64,000 nucleotides of DNA, from assembly GCA_018823045.1 (NCBI GenBank), contig JAHJIX010000020.1:20370-84369 (forward strand). The letters run 5' to 3'. The notes beneath the pieces were generated by a model that saw only the letters and a program-made list of their open reading frames with translations, made no database searches and was not told the DNA's origin. The stretch comes from Patescibacteria group bacterium (GTDB lineage Bacteria > Patescibacteriota > Patescibacteriia > Magasanikbacterales > UBA922). The translations under genes and the position numbers were made by a program. Positions 1 to 7,791 of the stretch are shown piece after piece; the stretch's first letter is position 1, and every line of letters starts with the position of its first letter.

Positions 1-191
1 GTCTGTTTCCTCATTCAACGTAATACTCCATTGATATATTGTTTGAGAACTTGGATTAATAATATGGCGAAAAAATTGTTCTATAGGCAATAACCACCCA
101 AGTATATGTGTAATAATAACAATAGCGATCACAACCGCAACACTCAACATGGTTTTTACATATTTTCTTTCTAAATACATAACGAGAATAA

Positions 192-845
192 TTATGCTAA
201 CCCCCCAAAATGTCTCTGTATTTGCATGTATACCATATCCCAATGTGCACAGGTTTGTGCTTGTGGATGTAAATCAGCCTCTTCATGATCAAAAACAAAT
301 ACTTGTCCTTGATATTCATGAGATAAATACTGTAACATACTTGGATTATCATCAACAATACCTACAACAGATGGGTATAAATGTTCCAATACCTGTGCTT
401 TCCATTTTGGACCATCTTGCCAATGGATTGTTTCTGGTTTTGTAATAAGTGATGCTTTTGGAAATCCATGTATATCTAACCAGGCTTTTGTTCCTTGTTC
501 TGTTGATGTTGGGCGTGCTGTAATATATGCTGTAATTGGAACAATGTCTTGAATCTTTTTGACCGTTTCAATCGCTCCCTCAATAAGAGGTAATGTTTTT
601 TGATATTCAGAAGAACAACGACGTTCTTCAACCCAGGCATGCATTTCTTGAGTAAACCATTCAGGAAGAATAGAATTTGCATAATATTTGTTATAATATT
701 CTTCTTCTGTTACTCCTTCTGGATTAGTAAATGTACGATAAAATTCGCTTGCCCAAGCACGGCCTGTACGTGACAATGTTTCATCAATATCTAAGGCCAA
801 CCCTTTACCATTAATTTTTGGTAAATTACTTAAATCCAGATTCAT
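192..845 (-). CDS. HAD-superfamily hydrolase (putative)
   Basis: N-terminal 'LALDIDETLS' matches HAD motif I (DxDxT). 217 aa with no TM segments. Family call from motif only. Confidence 0.45.
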   Translation of the reverse strand: MNLDLSNLPKINGKGLALDIDETLSRTGRAWASEFYRTFTNPEGVTEEEYYNKYYANSILPEWFTQEMHAWVEERRCSSEYQKTLPLIEGAIETVKKIQDIVPITAYITARPTSTEQGTKAWLDIHGFPKASLITKPETIHWQDGPKWKAQVLEHLYPSVVGIVDDNPSMLQYLSHEYQGQVFVFDHEEADLHPQAQTCAHWDMVYMQIQRHFGGLA

Positions 846-854
846 ACTATGATA

Positions 855-1901
855 TTATTTTATATTCCGAGCAGATGGCAACATTATTTCTTTGAGTAGT
901 TCTTCTTCTTCAAGTAAAATACCTGTTCCACGCACGACAGCAGTCAATGGATCATCCGCAATTCTTACCGGAACTTCGGTTGCTTTTGCAATAACCACAT
1001 CAATTCCACGCAAAAGAGCACCACCTCCAGTAAGTAAAAGACCCCGTTCATGAATGTCAGCAGTTAATTCAGGTGGAGTAATTTCAAGTGTTGTTTTAAT
1101 TAAATCAACAATTATCTTAATTGAACGAGATAGGGCTTCTCTAATTTGTGTATCATTAACTAAAATTTCTCTTGGAAGCCCTGTGATTACGTCTCTTCCA
1201 CGCATAGGAAATTCCATTTTTTCTTCTAATTCAATTGCTGTTCCAATTTTTTTCTTAATTTGTTCTGCATGGTGCTCACCAATAAACAAATTAAATACTT
1301 CCCGTGCATATTGAATAATGTTTCGATTCATTTCATCTCCTGCAATAGTTGTTGACTTCCATGCAACCACTCCACTCAAAGAAATAATAGCTACTTCAGT
1401 ATTTCCTCCTCCAATATCTACAATCATGTTTCCAATCGGATCTTGAATAGGCATACGAGCACCAATAGCGGCCGCCATAGGCTCTTGCACAATAAAAACC
1501 TCTCGAGCACCCGCAGCAATAGCCGCGTCTTCTACCGCCTTTGTTTCTACCTCAGTTACTTCAAGTGGAATAGCAATAACAATACGAGGGCGTGTCATAA
1601 ATGATGACCCATCCTCATGAATTTTATCAATGAAATATTTAATCATTTTTTGTGCCACCTCATAATCAGAAATAATTCCGTTTGTGAGTGGACGAGAAAC
1701 AGCAATATGAGGCGGTGTTTTCCCAAGCATCTGTTTTGCCTCATTTCCTACAGCCAAAATCTGATCAGTCCGCACATTAATAGCAACAACAGTAGGCTCA
1801 TCAATAACAATCCCTTTTTCTGGAATGTAGACTAAAGTATTTGCCGTTCCTAAGTCTATTCCCATGTCTTTACTAAAGCGTTTAAAAAATCTATCAAACA
1901 T
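855..1901 (-). CDS. mreB: Rod-shape determining actin-like protein MreB
   Basis: 'GIDLGTANTLVY' phosphate-1 motif and 'DIGGGTTEV' actin-fold motifs. 348 aa, typical MreB length. Confidence 0.9.
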   Translation of the reverse strand: MFDRFFKRFSKDMGIDLGTANTLVYIPEKGIVIDEPTVVAINVRTDQILAVGNEAKQMLGKTPPHIAVSRPLTNGIISDYEVAQKMIKYFIDKIHEDGSSFMTRPRIVIAIPLEVTEVETKAVEDAAIAAGAREVFIVQEPMAAAIGARMPIQDPIGNMIVDIGGGNTEVAIISLSGVVAWKSTTIAGDEMNRNIIQYAREVFNLFIGEHHAEQIKKKIGTAIELEEKMEFPMRGRDVITGLPREILVNDTQIREALSRSIKIIVDLIKTTLEITPPELTADIHERGLLLTGGGALLRGIDVVIAKATEVPVRIADDPLTAVVRGTGILLEEEELLKEIMLPSARNIK

Positions 1902-1925
1902 ACATTCAAAACTAAAAACTTACGC

Positions 1926-3176
1926 TTAACTTAACAATGTTTCAATCTTTTCTTTTGTGAGTTCTTTTAATAATACTAATTGACACTCATCTTGTGCACG
2001 TAATTTTATTTCAACAGCATCTTGCTCAATTGTTTTATTACTCATCACAATACGGAGTGGCAAACCAATCAAATCACTATCTGCAAATTTAGCCCCAGCA
2101 CGCATATCTCGATCATCGAACAATACTTCAATACCAGCTGCAGTTAATTCAGTATAAAGCGCTTCTGCTCGTTCATCTTGATTGAGTGAAATAAGATGAA
2201 CCTGAAATGGAGCAATTTCTTTTGGCCAGATAATTCCTTTTTCATCATGATAGACTTCTACAATTGTCCCCATTAAACGACTAATACCAATACCATATGA
2301 TCCTAAAAACACAGGGAGAGATGTTCCTTCGCTATCAACAAAATTCAATCCCATTTCTTCACATTTTTTTCTCCCAAAATTGAAAATATTTCCTACTTCT
2401 GCTGTTTTTACCTCTGTTAATTCATCACGACTCACTCCGAGTTCTTTTAGTGTCTCTTCACTCAAAACTTCTTCGTTAATTGCAATATTTTTTTCTTTAT
2501 TAATAAAGATTTTATCTTCTCCAGCCTCAGTAATCGTTTGAAATTCATGACTAAATTCAGTAAATGCTCCCCCAGATGCATAAGTAACAAATGTTTGATC
2601 TTTTAATCCAACACGAGCAAATACACGTAAATATGCTTCAATCGTAGCAGCATAAAATGCTTGGTGTTGTGCTTCATCTATGCAATATGAATACATATCT
2701 TTCATCAAAAACTCTCGCCCACGCATAATACCTGATTTTGCACGCAATTCATTTCGTAATTTTGTTTGAAATTGATATACAAATATAGGCAAATCTCGAT
2801 AACTATGAATATAATGCTTCATCATCTCAGTAATAGGCTCTTCATGAGACCAACCAAAACCAACTTCCGTCCCATTTTTTAATTCTGATTTGAACCATAC
2901 ATCAACAACCTCATCATCCCAACGATTTGTTGTTTCCCACACTTCTTTTCGTTGAAGTGCAGTCATGAGCATTTCTTGTCCACCAACAGACTCCATTTCT
3001 TCTCGCACCACTTGCTTTATTTTTTCAATAACGCGCAATCCGAGAGGAAGATATGCATATGCTCCTGCCATCTCTTTATAAATAAAACCAGCACGAGTAA
3101 GTAACTGTGCATTTTTTGACACTTCTTCTGCTGAAATATCTTTTCGGGTCTTCGTAAATAGTTGTGATTGTCTCAT
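1926..3176 (-). CDS. proS: Prolyl-tRNA synthetase (short, INS-less form)
   Basis: N-terminal 'LLTRAGFIYKEMAGAYAYLPLGLRVIEKIKQVVREEM' and class II motif 2 'RGREFLMKDMYSY'. C-terminal anticodon-binding-like segment. 416 aa. Confidence 0.8.
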   Translation of the reverse strand: MRQSQLFTKTRKDISAEEVSKNAQLLTRAGFIYKEMAGAYAYLPLGLRVIEKIKQVVREEMESVGGQEMLMTALQRKEVWETTNRWDDEVVDVWFKSELKNGTEVGFGWSHEEPITEMMKHYIHSYRDLPIFVYQFQTKLRNELRAKSGIMRGREFLMKDMYSYCIDEAQHQAFYAATIEAYLRVFARVGLKDQTFVTYASGGAFTEFSHEFQTITEAGEDKIFINKEKNIAINEEVLSEETLKELGVSRDELTEVKTAEVGNIFNFGRKKCEEMGLNFVDSEGTSLPVFLGSYGIGISRLMGTIVEVYHDEKGIIWPKEIAPFQVHLISLNQDERAEALYTELTAAGIEVLFDDRDMRAGAKFADSDLIGLPLRIVMSNKTIEQDAVEIKLRAQDECQLVLLKELTKEKIETLLS

Positions 3177-3565
3177 ACATCTTTAGAATAACTTCTCGTT
3201 GAAATACGGAATAAAATAAGAAAACAAACAATAGAAAATAATAAAAGCATGTTCCAAAGCGTTAATGCTTCTCTTGCTTGTAAATACAATAAAATACTTA
3301 AGGCAAATGATACAAATACCCCAATAATAAAAGTACGACGTACATGACGAAATACTGGTATTTCTTTTTTAGTAAATGCCAGAGATAAGGCAAAACTTAC
3401 CAAAGAACCTGTACCCACAATAGAAAAAAACAGACTCACATAGAAAAAAAGTAAGCCCAAACCAGCATCTTGAAATGGGTCAACATTGACTAAAACAACT
3501 ACAAAAGCAGCCCAACAGAGGATCGTTGCAAGTATCATGATGGTAAGATATTGTCGTAAATTCAT
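3173..3565 (-). CDS. Small integral membrane protein (4 predicted TM), unknown function
   Basis: 130 aa with four hydrophobic stretches. Its stop overlaps the proS start by 4 nt, suggesting translational coupling. Confidence 0.4.
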   Translation of the reverse strand: MNLRQYLTIMILATILCWAAFVVVLVNVDPFQDAGLGLLFFYVSLFFSIVGTGSLVSFALSLAFTKKEIPVFRHVRRTFIIGVFVSFALSILLYLQAREALTLWNMLLLFSIVCFLILFRISTRSYSKDV

Positions 3566-3648
3566 ATATGATAAAAAACATAGCCATTTATAGGTCAGGC
3601 TATGTCTATTTTATCTTGTTTTGACTCTCTTTGCAAGTAAAAAGTCCT

Positions 3649-3948
3649 TTAGAGCAGATAGCGAATACGATCTACTTCATTTCCTCCGAGGACTTTATTC
3701 ATTTTTTCTACAATTTCAGCTTGTTTTAGCCTAATTTCTTGTGCAATCGCTGAACTGCCGCATGTAACGGTTAATGTACGATTTTTCAAAAACAATGGTT
3801 TAATCTGAGCCGCGCTCTTTTCTCCAAAAATATCAACAAATACTTTTGTAGAAATCTTAACAACTTCAGCTGCTTCTAGCTGTGTTTTTAACGCACTATC
3901 TGTATCCATTTTTTTCCCCAAAGTATCATTTACTGATGTAAATCCCAT
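3649..3948 (-). CDS. DUF721/DciA-like small nucleic-acid-binding protein (putative)
   Basis: 99 aa. 'NRTLTVTCGSSAIAQEIRLKQAEIVEKMNKVLG...IRY' resembles the DUF721 consensus. Motif-level call only. Confidence 0.4.
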   Translation of the reverse strand: MGFTSVNDTLGKKMDTDSALKTQLEAAEVVKISTKVFVDIFGEKSAAQIKPLFLKNRTLTVTCGSSAIAQEIRLKQAEIVEKMNKVLGGNEVDRIRYLL

Positions 3949-3960
3949 AAAATCGCATTG

Positions 3961-4470
3961 TTAAGAAAGCTGATATACATATATCATATCATGTTTTTTG
4001 ACTATTGACCAGCCAGGAAATTGAAATATGTTCGAAACGATTCGACTTCCGGGTTTCATCTCTTTTTTAATCTTTTGATGTAATTTTTCCATTTTATCAG
4101 GCATAAAGAACAAAAACAAGACATCTATCTCAGATAAATCAGTTTTCCATAAATTTGTTTGCTCAAATATCATTTGTTTTTTATATGGAGAACATAATCG
4201 TAAAAACAATGCCCAATAGTGTAATACCGGATTAATTTCTATACCAATCGCACGCGTCACATAAGGTGCTGCAGCCCGCACAATACGCCCATCTCCTGAC
4301 CCTAAATCCATTACCACGTCATCTTTTGTTAACTCAGCTAACTGAATCATCTGTTTTACTTTTTTTCTCCCAGTAGGCCAAAATGGCGCTCCACTTTTTG
4401 TTGCGTAAATACCGTACACCACAAATAATATTGCGGTAATAATGAAGATGATACTTAATATTAAAGGCAT
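3961..4470 (-). CDS. Class I SAM-dependent methyltransferase with N-terminal TM anchor
   Basis: N-terminal hydrophobic helix, then 'VMDLGSGDGRIV' glycine-rich SAM-binding motif I. Confidence 0.55.
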   Translation of the reverse strand: MPLILSIIFIITAILFVVYGIYATKSGAPFWPTGRKKVKQMIQLAELTKDDVVMDLGSGDGRIVRAAAPYVTRAIGIEINPVLHYWALFLRLCSPYKKQMIFEQTNLWKTDLSEIDVLFLFFMPDKMEKLHQKIKKEMKPGSRIVSNIFQFPGWSIVKKHDMIYVYQLS

Positions 4471-4473
4471 AGA

Positions 4474-4974
4474 CTATTGCAATATTAATTGATCTTTTTC
4501 CAAGACTTCCTTAAACATTTTTCTTAATTCTTCTTTTTGTTTTTTATCTTGAAAAGAATGAAACGGAATCATATGAGCCTGTTTTTTATCTATAAATAAT
4601 AAAAAAGCATGTTTTGTTTCTCTCACTTTTTTAATAAAAGACCACTTAATTGTAGAATCAAAATAATCATTAGATATTCTAACACCTTCTTTATTTAATT
4701 CATAATTTTTATAAAAAAAACGATCCTTTTCTTTTTTATATAAAAAAGTTATTTTTAATACAATTAATATGGGCACCACAATAAAACTTGCAAAAGGAAG
4801 ATATAATGCCCATATAATCTGAGAAAAACTTTCTCCTTGAGTAAATCCCCATAACGCTAAAAAAAGAAGAAATATAGATAAAACATATATCATCAAAACA
4901 CTTTTTGAATGAGTAAGGTTAAATAAACTATACTTAAAAAGATCTTCTTTGGTTAGCTGTACTTTTAATTTCAT
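4474..4974 (-). CDS. YcxB-like membrane protein (bacterial PH-like domain), putative
   Basis: Two N-terminal TM helices followed by a ~90-aa soluble domain. Architecture and length fit the YcxB/DUF1648 type. Confidence 0.35.
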   Translation of the reverse strand: MKLKVQLTKEDLFKYSLFNLTHSKSVLMIYVLSIFLLFLALWGFTQGESFSQIIWALYLPFASFIVVPILIVLKITFLYKKEKDRFFYKNYELNKEGVRISNDYFDSTIKWSFIKKVRETKHAFLLFIDKKQAHMIPFHSFQDKKQKEELRKMFKEVLEKDQLILQ

Positions 4975-5003
4975 ATCTTTTAATTATTACTCGATTAATT
5001 CAA

Positions 5004-5522
5004 TTATTTTATATCAGAGGATTTAACATAAATTATATCATCAAATTCTTTATTACCGTAAGCACTAGCATTTGTTAAATAACCATCATACGGTCCTATT
5101 TTATTAATAATATTTCCCTCTTTAAAAACAATTTGAAGACCATGTTCTCTCTCCCAATCACACTCACATTCAAATGATAAATATACTTTTTTATCATATT
5201 CTCTCTTCTCTACATTTATTACATTACCAAATTGAATGTGATTTAAAATATTTTCTTTTTCAATATCTATATTTGAATATTCTAGATTATCCTGATAATA
5301 TTCATATAAAGGCTCAATAATAGAATCGAAAATATCATATTTATTTTTCAAAAACACCTTAATAGCATTATCAAAATCTATAACATCAGATTCCTCAAAT
5401 AAATATTCTAAATTAAATATTACCAATTTATCTTTTAAAAATGGAACTGAAATCGGTTTACTTGTACAATCACCACTTAAATCAACCTCACCAATACTTT
5501 CAAAATTTATTTTTTTATTCAT
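5004..5522 (-). CDS. Hypothetical acidic protein (immunity-protein-like character)
   Basis: 172 aa, acidic, no TM or signal peptide. No recognisable catalytic motif. 'ECECDWEREHGL' block. Confidence 0.4.
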   Translation of the reverse strand: MNKKINFESIGEVDLSGDCTSKPISVPFLKDKLVIFNLEYLFEESDVIDFDNAIKVFLKNKYDIFDSIIEPLYEYYQDNLEYSNIDIEKENILNHIQFGNVINVEKREYDKKVYLSFECECDWEREHGLQIVFKEGNIINKIGPYDGYLTNASAYGNKEFDDIIYVKSSDIK

Positions 5523-5557
5523 AATTTACTATATCACAACTCCTTAAACTCTTCGCC

Positions 5558-5588
5558 GGATCCATAGTCCCGATAGGGCTGTGGAGCC
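5558..5588. repeat. 31-nt palindromic repeat, copy 1 (GGATCCATAGTCCCGATAGGGCTGTGGAGCC), with partial inverted half-copy at 5643..5653
   Basis: Near-identical to copies at 7393..7423 and 17406..17436 (reverse orientation). Internal 10-nt inverted arms GGCTCCATAG/CTGTGGAGCC. Shared 5' extension GCCGGNTCC. Confidence 0.75.
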
Positions 5589-5676
5589 AAGGTACTTAAG
5601 CATATACGCTTCACAGCTTCTCCTGCCGAATCGGCGGGTCCAGACTATGGAGCGAGATATTTTGTCTTAATCTCAC

Positions 5677-6069
5677 TTAAATTAAATGACTATATTCAGG
5701 ATAGTTTTCTTTGATTAATTTTTTCCAATTGACTGTTTCGTTTCCGCTACCAAGATGATTTTTATGATATACAAGAAGTACTGCGACTTTTTTACCTTCG
5801 TTATCTACTACGAGTATACACCTATTTCCGGATGATTTCGGTGACACTTTTGTTTTTACGACACTAAACATCGTTTTTATTATCTGTATATCAGTATTAT
5901 CTACAATAACATCAGCAAGATCTGTTTTGAGCAGCATGTCGATACGCTCATACTGCCTAGTAATAGCACGAAGTGTCACATCCCATGCTCCTCGATACTT
6001 TTTTTCAAAACTTTTTATATAATGCCTACGAGCAAATGGTTCAAAGCTGACAAAGTAATTTTCCTCCAT
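5677..6069 (-). CDS. Candidate toxin partner of the Panacea-domain antitoxin (unknown fold)
   Basis: 130 aa ORF 9 nt downstream of, and on the same strand as, the HTH-Panacea gene. No recognisable family. Confidence 0.4.
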   Translation of the reverse strand: MEENYFVSFEPFARRHYIKSFEKKYRGAWDVTLRAITRQYERIDMLLKTDLADVIVDNTDIQIIKTMFSVVKTKVSPKSSGNRCILVVDNEGKKVAVLLVYHKNHLGSGNETVNWKKLIKENYPEYSHLI

Positions 6070-6077
6070 AGGCTCAA

Positions 6078-6797
6078 TTAGTAAATACCAGATGGATCTT
6101 CCTGAGTAATCAGTTCGTATGGGATGACTTCATTATCTCTACACAAAAAGTATGGCATTTGATCATGCGTAAACTTTACAATCTCTGGAGTTCGTTTCTT
6201 TTTCCACTTTCGAGCAATTGCTTTCATTAGTTTCATCTCATCTACAGAAAGACTAAAGTCTTTTTTCTTTTTCGACGCATCTGTTTCGCCAATTAATATG
6301 GAGTCTCTGTTTCTCTTTACGGTAATCAAACCTTCTTCTTCTAGCTCAGTAAGTGCTTGAAAATATGGAATAGGCACAGGACCATATGGAAGTTTTTTAT
6401 ATTTCATCCCGCTCATACTCTCTAAATGTTCGTAATACCATGCAAAATCTGCGAGGTACAATAGTTTTGCCAATTTCGTTTTTGGGATACACCCATCTCG
6501 ATCACTCCCCGCCATACGAATATAGGCCAAAAGCATTTGTTTATATTTTTCATAGTCTGGAATCATACCAGATTCTAAATCTTCAATATCAATACCAAAC
6601 ATATCTGCTAGTTTATGTGCTTCAGAAAGGGTGAGTTCACGTTTCCCCTGCTCAACAGCAAGATAAGAGGTACGAGCAATTTCTAATCGATTTGCTACCT
6701 CTTGTTGAGAAAAGCCACGCTTTTCACGTAACTCTTTGATAAATTGTGCGTATGCTTGACTCATATGTATGTTTGTTAATATACCCTTATATATCAT
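6078..6797 (-). CDS. HTH-XRE + Panacea (DUF4065/SocA-like) domain antitoxin-type protein
   Basis: N-terminal HTH_3 'FSQQEVANRLEIARTSYLAVEQGKRELTLSEAHKLADMFGI'. C-terminal 'TKLAKLLYLADFAWYYEHLESMSGMKYKKLPYGPVPIPYF' matches the DUF4065/Panacea core (KLxKLLYxAD…PxGPV). Confidence 0.6.
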   Translation of the reverse strand: MIYKGILTNIHMSQAYAQFIKELREKRGFSQQEVANRLEIARTSYLAVEQGKRELTLSEAHKLADMFGIDIEDLESGMIPDYEKYKQMLLAYIRMAGSDRDGCIPKTKLAKLLYLADFAWYYEHLESMSGMKYKKLPYGPVPIPYFQALTELEEEGLITVKRNRDSILIGETDASKKKKDFSLSVDEMKLMKAIARKWKKKRTPEIVKFTHDQMPYFLCRDNEVIPYELITQEDPSGIY

Positions 6798-6843
6798 AGT
6801 ATAGCATATTTGTCAATATCTTGACAGAGTAAGTACTAAATAT

Positions 6844-6872
6844 TGACAAATTACTGTGCATAAGTTACAATA
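6844..6872 (+). promoter_or_regulatory. Sigma70-like promoter (TTGACA-17-TACAAT)
   Basis: ttgaca 6844..6849, 17-nt spacer, tacaat 6867..6872. Lies upstream of the small ORF at 6924. A second TTGACA sits 30 nt upstream. Confidence 0.45.
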
Positions 6873-6923
6873 GCTGTGTCAGTATAGTCGAGCTGATTTA
6901 TTCATAGTTAAGTCAAGAAATAT

Positions 6924-7091
6924 ATGGCTACAAATCCTCCAAAAGGACCTGGTAGAGTTGGTGCGGTACGAGATCGCGACCAAGTTTATAACCCACACAA
7001 CAATCGTTGGGTCAAGCGAGACGAAAAAGGACGCTTCATGGACCAGAAGGCTGATAACAAGCCTTTCAAAGGTGTCCGTAAGAACAAATAG
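6924..7091 (+). CDS. Small basic protein (55 aa), hypothetical
   Basis: ATG ORF 'MATNPPKGPGRVGAVRDRDQVYNPHNNRWVKRDEKGRFMDQKADNKPFKGVRKNK'. Below the 60-aa cutoff of the ORF track. Has its own promoter and a downstream terminator. Confidence 0.3.
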   Translation: MATNPPKGPGRVGAVRDRDQVYNPHNNRWVKRDEKGRFMDQKADNKPFKGVRKNK

Positions 7092-7216
7092 AGGTCAATT
7101 GAGCAAATGTGCTGGTTTATCAAGGTCTTGCGGAGACACCAACGTGCTAACAGTGGCAGTCTCGCACGTTTATCTCTCCAACTAGCGTGAGAAAGGCACC
7201 CCTCGCTTACAAAAAA

Positions 7217-7247
7217 ACGCGCTTGTCGTGTTTTTTTGTTTTACAGC
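7217..7247. terminator. Bidirectional intrinsic terminator (A-run/ACGCG-CTTGT-CGTGT/T-run)
   Basis: aaaaaaacgcgcttgtcgtgttttttt. Short GC stem flanked by A7 and T7 tracts. Confidence 0.4.
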
Positions 7248-7392
7248 TTCCCTACAAATACTTTTTCATCATTGAAACTTTCAGATCTACCAAATCTCCT
7301 AGCTTTTTTGTATATATAGTCTCCAATTTTCTAGTTTCAGCAAAAAGTGCGTTAAATTTTGCTACAATGGATTTTTGTTCGACGACCTAGCC

Positions 7393-7423
7393 GGCTCCAT
7401 AGTCCCGCTAGGGCTGTGGAGCC
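7393..7423. repeat. 31-nt palindromic repeat, copy 2 (GGCTCCATAGTCCCGCTAGGGCTGTGGAGCC)
   Basis: 30/31 identical to copy 1. Overlaps the 3' end of ORF 7408..7782. Confidence 0.75.
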
Positions 7424-7782
7424 ACAGTGCTCCCTACATTTTCCCAAAATTTACTAATCTGTTCCCATGATTTTTTTGATTCTTCACCCAAAAAATCATA
7501 AACTTTTTCTGAATCTTTTTCCTTCCAAACATTTTGAATCCCTTCGATAAAACCAATCTTCGCAAGCTCTATGGTCTTTTGATCTATTACAAGATGTAAC
7601 TCTTCGATAAAATTTAATCCTCTTTCTAATTCACCAAAAGATTTTGATTCAAAACATTTTAACAAATACCTTGCAAAATCTCCTGCAACAATATATGGAA
7701 GATCTGAATCATCTTCATCAAAATTAAATTGAGGAAATTTTTTGACAAGTAATTTTACTACATCATCATATTTAATATTCAT
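7408..7782 (-). CDS. Small acidic hypothetical protein downstream of helicase-nuclease
   Basis: 124 aa. Starts 10 nt inside the end of the helicase-nuclease gene. The C-terminal ~8 codons run into the palindromic repeat, so the true stop is uncertain. Confidence 0.4.
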   Translation of the reverse strand: MNIKYDDVVKLLVKKFPQFNFDEDDSDLPYIVAGDFARYLLKCFESKSFGELERGLNFIEELHLVIDQKTIELAKIGFIEGIQNVWKEKDSEKVYDFLGEESKKSWEQISKFWENVGSTVAPQP

Positions 7783-7791
7783 AAATATATT

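Noticed and set aside
149-445. Plus-strand 98-aa ORF
   Set aside because: Fully embedded antisense within the HAD-hydrolase gene (192..845). It has no SD and a low-complexity hydrophobic translation. Likely spurious.
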